A DNA stretch of 64,000 nt from Mobula hypostoma (taxonomy: Eukaryota). The notes below the pieces were generated by a model. The model was not told the origin of the DNA. It saw only the letters and a program-made list of their open reading frames with translations, and did not search any database. A program made the translations under genes and the position numbers. The DNA is taken from assembly GCF_963921235.1 (NCBI RefSeq), contig NC_086097.1:199332001-199396000 (forward strand), read 5' to 3'. This document shows positions 13,141-24,786 of this stretch, one piece after another; within the stretch, counting starts at the first letter, position 1; each line of letters starts with the position of its first letter.

Positions 13141-13419
13141 CCCAGATAGTGCACTATTCAATCAAACTGTGATCATTACTCCTTTTGTGCACTTATACAG
13201 CGAAATTAAGCCTAATTTTGTTACCAGATACAAGGTTCAAGTTTAATTGTCATTCACCCATACACATGTATACAGCTAAACAAACATGTTCCTCCAGGGT
13301 TCGCTGATTGGCTACATTACATATTGCCCTAGGAAACTGAATGAATTCATTTTCATTGCTAGGATTTACAGTTAGATTAAACTAAATTATTTGCAACTTC
13401 ATGATGTCATTCATGATGA

Positions 13420-13712
13420 AAGTACAAACGAGAGAGAATCTGCAGATGCTGGCAATCCAAGCAACAAACACAAAATACTGGTGGAGCTCAGCAGGCCAGC
13501 AGAACAGGCAGCACCTATGGGAAAAATGTACACTGAACGTTTCGAGCCAAGACCCTTAGGCAGGACTGGGGGAAAAAAAGGTAAAGAGTATGTGCAGTAT
13601 ATACCCTGAAGAACTTTAAATCTAACTTTATCACCTTGTGTTTCTGTCTCCCCTCACCCACTTTTTAAATCTACTTCTCATCTTTTTTCCCAGTCCTAAA
13701 CAAGGGCCTGGA
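13420..13712. mobile_element. Old Penelope-derived remnant with inverted ends
   Basis: TCTGCAGATGCTGG...CAGCAGGCCAG resembles 9890-9960; decayed hammerhead at ~13532-13567; CCCAGTCCT inverted copy at ~13689. Confidence 0.6.
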
Positions 13713-13989
13713 CACTGCAACAATTTGAAGAAGGCCAGTATAGGTCTACAGTGGATGAAATTTCACAAGCTCTCCACTGGGTCTTGGATCACCTAGGCAA
13801 TAGCCATACATACATCAGCTTTCTGTTTATTGATTACTGCTCAGTGTTCAACACCTTCATATCCTCAGTACCAATCAATAAGCTTTAAAACCTGGGCTTC
13901 AGTACCTCCCTCTGCAACTGATCCTTGACTTCCTCATCAGGAGACCACAGTCAGTGCAAATTGGAAATAACATTTTCTCACTGACAGTC

Positions 13990-14473
13990 CTGATAGAGGT
14001 GTACAAGATAATGAGAAGCATTGATCGTGTGGATAGTCAGAGGCTTTTCCCAGGGCTGCAATGGCTGGCGCGAGAGGGCACAGTTTTAAGGTGCTTGGAA
14101 GTAGATACAGAGGAGATATCAGGAGTAAGTTTTTTACACAGAGAGTAGTGAGTGCATGGAATGGGCTGCTGGCGGCTGTGGTGGAGGTGGAAACGATAGA
14201 GTTAGAAGTTATAGAAGTTACAGGAAACCTACAGCACAATACAGGCCCTTTGACCCACAAAGTTGTGCCGAACATGTCCCTACCTTAGAAATTACTAGGT
14301 TTACATATAGCCCTCTAAAAGGGTCTTCTAAGAGACTCCTGGATGGATACATGGAACTTAGAAAAATAGAGGGCTATGGGTAAGCCTAGGTAGTTCTAAG
14401 GAAGGACATGTTCGGCACAGCTTTTTGAGCTGAAGGGCCTGTATTGTGCTGTAGGTTTTCTATGTTTCTGTTT
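13990..14473 (+). mobile_element. CR1 3' end (family B) with a nested antisense copy of its own tail
   Basis: LIEVYKIM...FFTQRVVSAWN; tail CTATGTTTCT; ~14200-14318 is the reverse complement of the family tail. Confidence 0.85.
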
Positions 14474-14835
14474 CTAATCAACAACAATGCATCTCAAAGA
14501 TGTGTGCTTAGTCCACTGCTCTACTCTCTGTGACTGTGTGGCTCGGCACAGCTCAAACACCATCAATAAATTTGCAGATGACACAACTATTTGTTGGCAA
14601 AAGTTCAGACTCTAACAAGAAGGCACACTAGAGTAAGATAGATCAGCTGACTCTGAGTGCTATCACAACAACAACTTTGCAGCCAGCATCAGTAGGACCA
14701 AGAAATTGATTGCGGACTTCCAGAAGGGGAAGTTGAAGGAGCACACACCAGTCCTCATCGAGAGGTTGGCGTTGGAAAGGGTGAGCAGTTTCAACTTCCT
14801 GGTTGTCAACATCTCCGAAAATCTATCCCAGGCCA

Positions 14836-15001
14836 AGAGGTTGATAGGTTCTTGATTGGACCTGGCATCAAAGGTTATGGGGAGAAGGCCGGGAATTGGG
14901 TATGAGGAGGAGATAAAGAAAAAGGATCAGCCATGATTGAATGGTGCAGCAGACTCACTGGGCCAGATGGTCTAATTCTGCTCCTATGTCTTATGGTCTT
15001 A
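14836..15001 (+). mobile_element. Short CR1 3' end
   Basis: Matches 17140-17307; tail TATGTCTTATGGTCTTA. Confidence 0.85.
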
Positions 15002-15514
15002 TATTTATACAATTACAAATGAGGCATGACATCAGCTGCATTTCATTAGGAGTTTAAGGAGATTTGATAATTCACCAAAGGCACTCGCAAATTTCTACAG
15101 ATGTACTGTAGAGAGCATTCTAACTGGTTGCATCACCAACCGGTATGGAGGGGCCAGTGCGCAGGATCGGAAAAAGCTGCAAAAGTTGCAAACTCTGCCA
15201 GCTCCATCATGGACACTAGCCTAAGGACAGTATCAGGGACACCTTCAAAAGGCTGTGCCTCAAAAAGATAGCATCAATCTTTAAGGACTCCCATCACCCA
15301 GGATGTGCCCTCTTCTCATTTCCACTGTCAAGGAGAAGGTACAAGAGCATGAAGACACACACTCAACATTTCAGGAACACTTCTTCCCCTCCACTTTCAG
15401 ATTTCTGAATGGACAATGAACCCAGTTACACTACCTCACTATTTCCCTCCCCCCCGTCTCTTTTTTGCAATAATTATTTAATTACACACACACATATATA
15501 TATATTACTTACCT

Positions 15515-15830
15515 TAAGTAAAGGCATCTGCCAGTCTTGCGAGACCATAGATCTGCACCTGGAAAGTCTTCACTCTCCAGGGCGCAGGCCTGGGCAAGGT
15601 TGTATGGAAGACCAGCAGTTGCCCATGCTGCAAGTCTCCCCTCTCCACAACACCGATGTTGTCCAAGGGAAGGGCATTAGGACCCATACAGCTTGGCACC
15701 AGTGTCGTCGCAGAGCACTGTGTGATTAAGTGCCTTGCTCAAGGACACAACACGTTCCCTTGGCTGGGGCTCGAACTCACGACTTTCAGGTAGCTAGTCC
15801 AATGCCTTAACCACTTGGCCACGTGCCCAC
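15515..15830 (-). mobile_element. tRNA-derived SINE with intact Pol III boxes and CORE-like domain
   Basis: A box TGGCCAAGTGG (15811-15821); B box GAGTTCGAGCC (15768-15778); GTGTCCTTGAGCAAGGCACTTAA central motif. Confidence 0.8.
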
Positions 15831-15916
15831 ACACTTTATTTTTTATTATATATTGTGCTGTACTGCTCCTGAGAAATAACAAATTTCACAACATATGCCA
15901 GTGATATCAAATCAGA

Positions 15917-17307
15917 TAGCCTGACCTCAGTGGTTGGGATTGATGTTAGAGTCAATTGTCAATTGCTAAGGACAAGGTGATGGAGCACTTGGTGACACAT
16001 GACAAGATAAGACAAAGTCAGCATGGTTTCTTTCAGGGAAAATCATGCCTGACAAACCTGCTGGAATTCTTTGAGGAGATTACATATAGGATAAATAAGG
16101 GGGATGCAGTGGATGTTGTGTATTTGGACATTCAGAAGGCCTTTGACAAGGTGTCACACATGAGGCTGCTTACCAAGTTAAGAGCCCATGGTATTACAGG
16201 AATGTTACTAACATGGTTAGAGCAGTAGCTGATTGGAAAAAGGTAGCAAGTGGGAATAAAAGGATCCTTGTCTGATTGGCTGCCAGTGTCTAGTAGTGTT
16301 CCGCAGTGTTCAGTTTTGGGACCACTACTTTTTTTGCTGTATATAAATGATTTAGATGATGAAATAGATGGCTTTGTTGCCAAGTTTGCAGATGATATGA
16401 AGATTGGTGAAGGGGCAGGTAGTGTTAAGGACACAGGTAGGATGCAGAAGGACTTTGACAAATTAGGAGAATGGACAAGAAAATGGCAAATGAAATATAA
16501 TATTGGAAAATGCATGATCATGCACTTTGGTCGTAGAAATAAATGTGCAGACTATTTCCTAAATGGGGAGAAAATCCAAAAATCTGAGATACAAAGGGAC
16601 TTGGGAGAACACCCTGAAGGTTTACTTGCAGTTAAGTCGGTGGTGAGGAAGGCAAATGCCATGTTAGCATTCCTTTCAAGAGGTCTAGAATACAAGAGCA
16701 GGGATGTGATGCTGAGGCTTTATAAGGAACTGGTGAGGCCTCACCTTGAGTATTGTGCACAGTTTTTGGCTCCGCATCTCAGGAAAGATATGCTGGCATT
16801 GGAGAGGGTCCAGAGGAGATTCACAAGGATGATTCCAGGAATGAAAGGGTTACCATATGAGGAACATTCGATCGCTCTGGGTCTGTACTTGCTGGAATTT
16901 AGAAGGATGAGGGGGGATACCATTGAAACCTTTTGAATGTTGAAAGGCCTAGAAAGAGTAGATATGGAAAGGATGTTTCCCATGGTGGGAGAGTCTAGGA
17001 CAAGTGGGCACAACCTCAGGATAGAGGGGCGTCCATTCAAAATAGAGATGCAGAGAAATTTCTTTAGCCAGAGGGTGGTGAATTTGTGGAATTTGTTGCC
17101 ATGTGCAGCTGTGGAGCACAGGTCATTGGATGTATTTAAGGCAGAGAATGATAGCTTCTTGATTAGACATGGTATCAAAAGTTATGGGGAGAGGGCCAGG
17201 AAATGAGGTTGAGGAGGAGGGAAAAAAAGGATCAGCCATGATTGAATGGCAGAACAGACTCGATGGGCCAAATGGCCTAATTCTGTTCCTATGTCTTATG
17301 GTCTTAT
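15917..17307 (+). mobile_element. CR1 LINE, 5'-truncated RT region
   Basis: QHGF...KSCLTNLLEFF, KAFDKV and KFADD motifs with stops; CR1 tail. Confidence 0.95.
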
Positions 17308-17619
17308 GATTCTGATTCTAATTCCATTATCATTTCCTTTCCACCTGTTTTTCTTGAAATTCAAACAAATGTTGAATTTTGAGTTCCCAGCTATGATGTC
17401 CGTGAATCCATCTCTCCATATGGCCATCAGATTATCTTTATTTATCTTTATTTCTGCTGTTAGTTAGCTTATTTTGTTTTGAATACCACATGCATCTAAA
17501 TATAGGTCCTTAATTTTTTTTAACCTCCTTTTCTTATATCAACCCTATTGTAGCTCTACTCCCAACTCACGGTATTTTCTCCTATCTTCCTATTTGCTTC
17601 TTTTCACCTAATATGATAT

Positions 17620-19460
17620 GATAGAACTGACGGCTTTATGGCCAAATCGGTGGATGAAACAAAGATAGAGGAGGGGCAGATAGATTTTTGAAAGTAGCAG
17701 GTCTGCAGAAGGACTTAGATCGATTAGGAGAATGGACAAAAAAGTGCCAGATGGAATATAGTGCAGGGAATTAAATAGTCATGCACTTTGGTAGAAGGAA
17801 TAAAGGTGTAGACTATTTTCTAAACACAGCGAAAGTTCAGAAATCAAAAGTGCAAATGGGCATATAAATCCTTGTTCAGGATTCCCTAAAGGTTAACTTG
17901 CAGGTTGAGCTGACGGTAAGGAGGCAAATACAATGTAAGCATTCATTTTGAGAAGACTAGAATAAAAAGGTAATGATGTAATGCTCTGTCTTTATAAGGC
18001 ATTGATCAGACTGCACCTGTGAGCAATTTTGGGCCCCTTATCTAAGGAAGAACATGCTAGCATTTCAGAAGGTCTAGAGGAGATCCCAAGAATGAAAGGG
18101 TTAAAGTATGAGGAACATTTGATGGCTCTGGGCCTGTACTCACTGGAGTTCAGAAGAATAAGAGAGGGTCATATTGAAACAATCAAAAATAGAAAGGCCT
18201 AGATACAGTGGATATGGAGAGGATGTTTGGGGGTAGTCTAGGACCAGAGGGCACAGCCTCAGAATAGAATGATATCGCTTTAGAACAGAAATGAGGAGGA
18301 ATTTCTTCAGCCAGAGTGTGGTGAATCTGCGGAATTCTTTGGCACAATAGGCTTCAATGCCTTATTGAAGTGTGCTGATAACACGGCTGTCTTTAGCTGA
18401 ATCTAAGGTGGTGACAAATCAATACATTGGAGGGAGATTGAAAATCTGGCTGAGTGGTGCCTCAACAACCTCTCACTCAACATCAAGACCAAGGTACTGA
18501 TTATTGACTTCAGAGGCAGGAAAACAGAGGTCCATGAACCAGTCCTCATCGAGGGATTAAAGGCAGAGAGGGTCAGGATCTTTAAGTGTTATCATTTCAG
18601 AGGATCTGTTCTGGGCCCAACATGCAAGTGTAATTAAGAAGAAAGCATAGCAGCACCTCTACTTTCTTAGAAGTTTGTGAAGATTCGGCATGACAAAAAA
18701 ACTTCAACAAACTTTTATAGATGTATGATGTAGAGTATATTGATTGGTTGCACCACAGTCTGGTATGGATCACCCAATGCTCTTGAATGGAAAATCCTAC
18801 AAAAAATAGTGGATATAGCCCAGTCTATCAGGGTAAATCCCTTCCCTCTATTAAGCACGTCTACACGGAGCACTGCCGCAGGAAAAAAATTCCATCGTTG
18901 GATCCCCCACCACCCAGTTCATGCTGCCATCAGAAAGAGCATACAGGAGCCTGGGGACTCTCATAACCAGCAGGGAGCAGTAGGGGACCCCTCATCCATT
19001 AGGCTGTTGAACCAGTGGAGATAACTTCATTAACTTCACTTGCCCCATGCTGAACTGTTCCCTCAACATATGGACACACATGCAAGAACTCTCCATCTCA
19101 TATTGATATTTATTATTTATTTATTTATTCTTTTCTTTTATACTTGCACATTTTGTTGTCTTTTGCACACCGGTTGTTTGTCTGCTCTATTGGGTGTGGT
19201 CTGTTATTGATTCTATTATACTTCTTGGATATACTGAGAGTGCCCACAAAAAACTAATTTCAGGGCTGTATATGATGACATATATGTACTTAGATAATAA
19301 ATTTACTTTGAATTGACTTTCAAATGTGCAGGCCAGGTCATTGTGTATATTTAATGCAGAGGTTGATAGGTTCTTGATTAGTAAGGGTACTGAAGGTTAA
19401 GTAGAAAAAGCAGGAGAATGGAGTTGAGAGGGTTAATTCCACACCTATGTCTTACGGACG
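17620..19460 (+). mobile_element. Older CR1 fragment split by a Rex1/Babar insertion
   Basis: CR1 RT C-terminal sequence at 17620-18345 resumes at ~19325. Confidence 0.75.
18400..19320 (+). mobile_element. Rex1/Babar-like LINE 3' fragment
   Basis: WCxNNLSLN, GCTTVWYG and HHP motifs; 3' UTR ending AATAAATTTACTTTGAA. Confidence 0.75.
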
Positions 19461-19588
19461 TGGTCTAAAATTGACAGTTACTGCTATGAAGTTATTGCTG
19501 CCTGGCTGTATTCTAATACTAAACATTAGCAAGTGTGCCATTGTTACCATTTGATGCTTATTGTGTCTAATGATATGGACATGTGCAC

Positions 19589-19798
19589 CATACATCAAAG
19601 TTGCTGGTGAACGCAGCAGGCCAAGCAGCATCTATAGGAAGAGGTGCAGTCGACGTTTCAGGCTGAGACCCTTCGTCAGGACTAACTTCCTTCAGTCGAC
19701 TGCACCTCTTCCTATAGATGCTGCTTGGCCTGCTGCGTTCACCAGCAACTTTGATGTATGTTGCTTGAATTTCCAGCATCTGCAGAATTCCTGTTGTT
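19589..19798. mobile_element. 210-bp Penelope-derived fold-back insertion with 13-bp TSD
   Basis: TGGACATGTGCAC at 19576-19588 and 19799-19811; perfect 66-bp inverted arms 19589-19654 / 19695-19760; matches 9880-10025. Confidence 0.92.
19648..19683 (-). ncRNA. Minimal type I hammerhead ribozyme (second copy)
   Basis: AGUC-CUGACGA-AGG(GUCUCAG)CCU-GAAAC-GUC-GACU. Confidence 0.8.
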
Positions 19799-20324
19799 TG
19801 GACATGTGCACAGCAGCTTTCCACAACAGTTGAATCCCACAAGTCAGTGCAGGGTAGAACACTTTATGGAGTGATTCTGGCAATGAAATACTATTATGGA
19901 GTAGAAATGGTGATCAGAGGTGGGCAGAATGAAGGTCAGAATTGAGAATGCTGCTTTCTGTATTCCTTTATTTGGTTACCCACTAGTTAATTTTTCTAAA
20001 GAGCCAGCACAGGAAGTGAATGCAAATATGGTGTGTGCTTACTGTTCTTGTGCCATTTCCCACCATGACAACTGCACTTCACTGGATTCCATAGCACACT
20101 GTAGTTACGTAACCTGAAGTGCATCTTGCAGTTTTGATTCAGAATTTCTTGCCAACATGTTTATACTGTGATTAAGCTTGTGGGTTCCAATTTAAAGTTT
20201 CTTGCATTCTTTACAGATGCAAGATCAAGCTGAGAGCACAGCAGGATTCTCAGCATTTAAGGCAGCTAAAGATCTGTCTCTACACAATCCCAGATCATCC
20301 ACCCAACAATGGAAGTATGGCTGA

Positions 20325-21494
20325 TGTAACATGCTGTAGGGTTTCACTGCTGTGTAACATACTGTAAGGTTTCACTGATATGGTGAAGACTTATGGAGAA
20401 GAGGAGTTCGGTGGGTAATAAAATGGACGAGTTCACGGCGCTAGCCAGGTGCCAGAGAACATTTTGGGAGTGCAGTGTTATGTGCTTTACTGGAACGTGG
20501 CTGCACGAGGACATACCCGATCAAATCTTTTCCATGGATGGCTTCCAGACCATTCGGGCTGACCGGAGGTGCACTGAGAGCGGTAAGCATAAAGGAGTTG
20601 GGTGCTTACTGTTCTAGTTAACAATGGATGGTGCAATCCGGGTCATATGACGATCGAGGAATGTGTTTGTAGATTGGATATTGAACTTTTTGCTGTTGGA
20701 CCCCGGCCATATTCCACCGAGATACAACACTGGGCGTCACGGGAGGTTGTTCCTGCCTGTGGCTTTCAAACTTTGCAGCTCCTCCCGTGGAGGGTCAGAC
20801 ACCCTGAGCCAATAGGCTGGTTCTGGACTTATTTCCATCTGGCATAGTTTGCATTTTGTTGTTTGATTGTTTGTGGTTTTTGTATTGCTATATTTATGCT
20901 CTATTCTTGGTTGGTGTGGCTGTAACGAAACCCAGTTTCCCTCGAGATCAATAAAGTATATCTATCTATTTATCCATCTATCTATAATGTAATGGTTTCT
21001 CTGTAGCAGCAATGTTTGGGTTATGACTAGAGATAATGGGCTTTGGAATGCTGTTGTTCTTCCTTGTGAGTCTGGAAGAGAGATTTTCATGGTCTTTTGC
21101 CAGGGGGAGATGAGGAGAGAAGATGCAAATGGAGAGAGTTGGTAGACTGTCGGACGGGGCGGACTCGAGTGAGGGTCCGAAGGGCAGGGACAATCGGAGG
21201 AGATCAATGGCAAACGATCAGCATATCAGTGAGCTCCAACATTGCGCAACAGACTGTTTAATAAAATTGGGCCCTTTTTTCCTTTTTTTCATTTCTTTAC
21301 TAACCTTATAGTCAAAACAAGAATTATAAAGCTTAATTGTTTAATCGCATATTGTGTACTGTTTGTTATTTCGGGGTAACGATTTGTAACAGGGGACACA
21401 TCGTGCAGCGTCCATCCAAACAAGATTTTTTACGTTTGTCCGGGCCAGGGCTATTACCCCCTATATTAAGCAGCTAGCCGAAATGCGAGTTACA
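20325..21494. mobile_element. Probable solo LTR interrupted by a Rex/Babar derivative
   Basis: Ends TGTAAC...GTTACA; flanks CTGA/CTGG (3 of 4 match); left end tandemly duplicated. Confidence 0.45.
20380..20985 (+). mobile_element. Internally deleted Rex1/Babar-like LINE (endonuclease start joined to 3' end)
   Basis: NKMDE...CSVMCFTGTWLHEDIPD APE N-terminus; AATAAA then (TATC)n tail. Confidence 0.75.
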
Positions 21495-21789
21495 CTGGGA
21501 ATGAGCTAGATGAAGAAATCTCATGGTGATAAACTAATTACATTTTCATGTCATACCTCAGAAGTCTGCATACTAGGGAAGTAGAGATAAGAACATTCAG
21601 GCAATGAGAAAGACAAGGTACTGTACTTGCAGGAATAGCAAGGCCACCTTCACCCACCAGTACCAAATCATTCACTGGAAGTGGATCACTGTCAGTAAAC
21701 TTGCCCTTTCCTTGTCCTATTTATTTTTGTTTGCTCTAATTGGCTTGTGCCTTTTACAACATTACCCTGTTGCTAAAAAGTGCAGCTGT

Positions 21790-21990
21790 TCGAGTAACAC
21801 AATTACAGTGCCAGTGTACCAATGCGGATCCTATCGCTGTCTGTAAGGAGTTTGTACGTTCTCTCCATGACCCATGGGTTTTCTCTGGCTGCTCTGGTTT
21901 CCTCTCACATTCCAAAGACGTATGGGTTAGTAGACTAATTGATCACATGGATCTAAGTGGGCAGCGCTGTCTCATTGGGCTGTATCTCTA
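21790..21990 (+). mobile_element. V-SINE remnant
   Basis: TGTAAGGAGTTTGTAC...GGGTTTTCTCTGGCTGCTCTGGTTTCCTC...TCCAAAGAC. Confidence 0.7.
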
Positions 21991-24339
21991 AATCTCTAAA
22001 CCTATGTGCCTGTTCCACTCTGCATGGTTTTTGTGTGGGATGGGGGATTTGGGGGGTGATGTGCCTGATGCGTTTTGCTCGGTATTTGTGTGGGAGGGGC
22101 ATTTGGGGGTAGATGTGCCTGTTCGTTTTTGTTCTTTTTTTGCAGCGAGGGGGGATTTGGGGTTGATGATCAGGCTGCCTTTCTTTTCTTTCTTGGTTTC
22201 ATGGCTACCCTGAGAATTGAAAAATTTCAGAGTTGTATATTTTAATAATAAATGAACCTTTGAACCTAAAATCTAAATCCCACAAAACCTTACCCTTCAA
22301 TAATTTTAGCTTGAGGTGCTAAATGCAAATTTTTACTTCCAGTCTGTCACTGTCCGTAATCAATTTATGGAGTGAGCATATCACTGCAATGATCATCTTG
22401 TTCTTTAAAAGTTCTAGATAATTACAAGTCTTATCAAACAGCACTTGTAGCAGATGTCTACATAGTATTGTGTCAAATTCAAGCAATAATCATTATCTTC
22501 CTTCTCCCTCAAAACCAGAGATACTTTTAGTAGGACCAACAAAATGGCAAGATTCTATGAAATATCCAGAATTCTCTGTGTTTGTAGCAGTAAACACTGA
22601 AAGAAGCAAGAATACTAATGTCGCATTTGTGCTTCAGGAGTATTTGCATAAATAAAAGCACTTTTTTCAAGAGTGAAACATTTGTCAAAATAATTTAATT
22701 ATTCAAACCTTGAAATCACTGTAGATGGTGGAAATCTGAAATATATACAGCGTATATAAAAAGTGTAAAACCACCAGGTCAGGTTGTATCTGTGAAAGAG
22801 AAACAGCATTAACATTTCAAGTTGATGAATATTTTTTTCAGAATATTTTCCCAGTATTTGTCTTATAAGGACATGCTCTGATTTAGGAACCATGCTCAGA
22901 CAACTGCAAAGAATTAATCTCAGAACTAATTATAGTGAATTAGCACAATCATACGGATAAAATGAAGATAGCACACGCTTTAGTGCTGCATCAAAACTGT
23001 CAAACCTTCCAACCCACACAATTAGTGTTCAGAACTATTTGGAATAAAATCTTCCTCCCCAATTTCATGGTCCTTAGGCAATGCCAGCAAGGGAATACTG
23101 AGCATAATCCATGAATCTTTGCTCAGCATCCTTAAACGAAAATCTGTAGATATACAGTTTTTAAATATGGATGCAGTTACTAGTGTTAAAATTACATGAT
23201 CAATGATATGGTGCTTCATAGAGAAATATAATGCAATCAATAAATTGTGGCAAATTTAAGCATGGAAATTTATGGCTAGTGTGATCAATTCAGAGTATTT
23301 GCTTCATAAAATACATTTTAAAATAGGAAAAAACACTTGACGTTTAAAGATCAAATCTGAGGAGTATTCATTTCCATGTGTTAGATGGACCAGTTACTCC
23401 TTGCAGATTTGAAAAATGCTTTGGAACTTTCTTTAAAGAATTTCAACATTTTATCATTAGCGTGAATTATGTACCACCAATTAAAAAATGATCTTCCTAT
23501 TATTATTGAAAGGTGCACTTGTCAATATTACACCTGCAGTAGAAGGGTAAGTATAACCCATCGGAATTCAGCTATCATTTTGTTGGTGGAGAAAATACAT
23601 GCATCTGTCACTTTGTGTGAGCCTGCTAATGCAATCACATCTGCTGGAACTGACAGCTGCTGCTCTGTATGTCAGCTTGGGCTTCTCTGATTTTCCACTC
23701 CAACAATGAGGCATACTCTGACCTTTTCCAATAAGCTTACTCAAATCAAGCAGATAGATCCACAGTAAAGATAAAACAGGACAAAATAATCTTACTAATG
23801 CATTTCTATTCTCTGAATTTAGAGCATACCAAACTTGTAACATACTTGACCATGTGCATTTTAAGGTTTTATCCTCTTCAGAGATTTTAAATTGAAAATC
23901 TTCTAAATATAGAGTATTAGACAACAGATTCATTGAAACACTCAATCTTTCATCACGAGAACTCGAGTTTAAACCTTTCACTAACTGGAAATCTCCATCC
24001 ACTGACTACTGTACACTTTCTATATTTTAATTGGAGATTCAGTGTGGAACACGCCTTTCCAGCCCAACGAGACGCACTGGCCAGCAACCCACCTATTTAA
24101 CCCTAGCCTAATCACAAGACAATCGATCCCCCACCCCTCAGAACATTGTCGACTGCCTTACTAAGGTCTATGTGGACAATTACTCCCCTCTCTACTCCCA
24201 GATGCTCCCCAACTTTTTCAGTTCCTCCAGCAGATTCTGTGCTGAGATAGAGCACAGAATAGACCCTTCCAGCCAAGCTTGCTCAGCAATCCCCGAATTT
24301 AAACCTCGCCCAATCATGTGACAATTCACAATGACCAGT

Positions 24340-24490
24340 TAACCTACCAACTGGTATGTCTTTGGACTGTGGGAGGAAACCCACATGGTGACAGGGAGAA
24401 CAGACAAACACCTTACAGGCAGTGCGGGAATTGAACCTGGGTCACTGGTACTGTGAAATGTTGTGCTAACCACTATGCTACCATGCTGTT
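24340..24490 (-). mobile_element. V-SINE remnant
   Basis: Reverse complement of a tRNA-like head (GGTTCAATTCC) and shortened V domain. Confidence 0.65.
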
Positions 24491-24510
24491 CATTATATGT
24501 TGCTTCATAT

Positions 24511-24521
24511 TGTGGTAAACC

Positions 24522-24553
<32 letters not shown>

Positions 24554-24760
24554 TATGTTGTAACTGGGTTAACTGTCTGGACACGCCCCTCTGCTGACTG
24601 CCCCTGTGGCTCCTCCCACAGAGTCCTGTATAAAGGTTTTCGCCTTGCCCCTCCCCCTCAGTCCGGGGGCACTCACTGTGGAGGTCGTATTGTACAGCGA
24701 ATAAAAGCCTTGCAGTATTTTACCAAACCTCAGTCTTTTGGAGTTATTGAAGGTGCTTCA
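24511..24760 (+). repeat. 5' LTR
   Basis: TATAAA 24629-24634; Inr-like TCAGTC 24658-24663; AATAAA 24700-24705; contains (TA)n. Confidence 0.95.
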
Positions 24761-24786
24761 ATTTTATTCTCTGTACATTTTAAAGC

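Larger units (their letters stand above)
13750..15917 (+). mobile_element. Rex1/Babar-like LINE remnant interrupted by two CR1 pieces and a SINE
   Basis: LFIDYxSxFNT, KFADDTT and IxKDxHHPGxALF motifs in broken frames; 3' UTR resumes at ~15840. Confidence 0.75.

Noticed and set aside
15755..15830. tRNA gene
   Set aside because: A and B boxes are present but run into a SINE body; I could not form a full cloverleaf.
20200..20320. Acceptor-like TTCTTGCATTCTTTACAG followed by a short open frame and GTATGG
   Set aside because: Peptide unrecognised and donor weak; such sites arise by chance, so RNA-seq would be needed.
23568..24002. 144-aa minus-strand ORF in non-repetitive DNA as a host exon
   Set aside because: No recognisable domain, non-ATG start, AT-rich, and no convincing splice pair.
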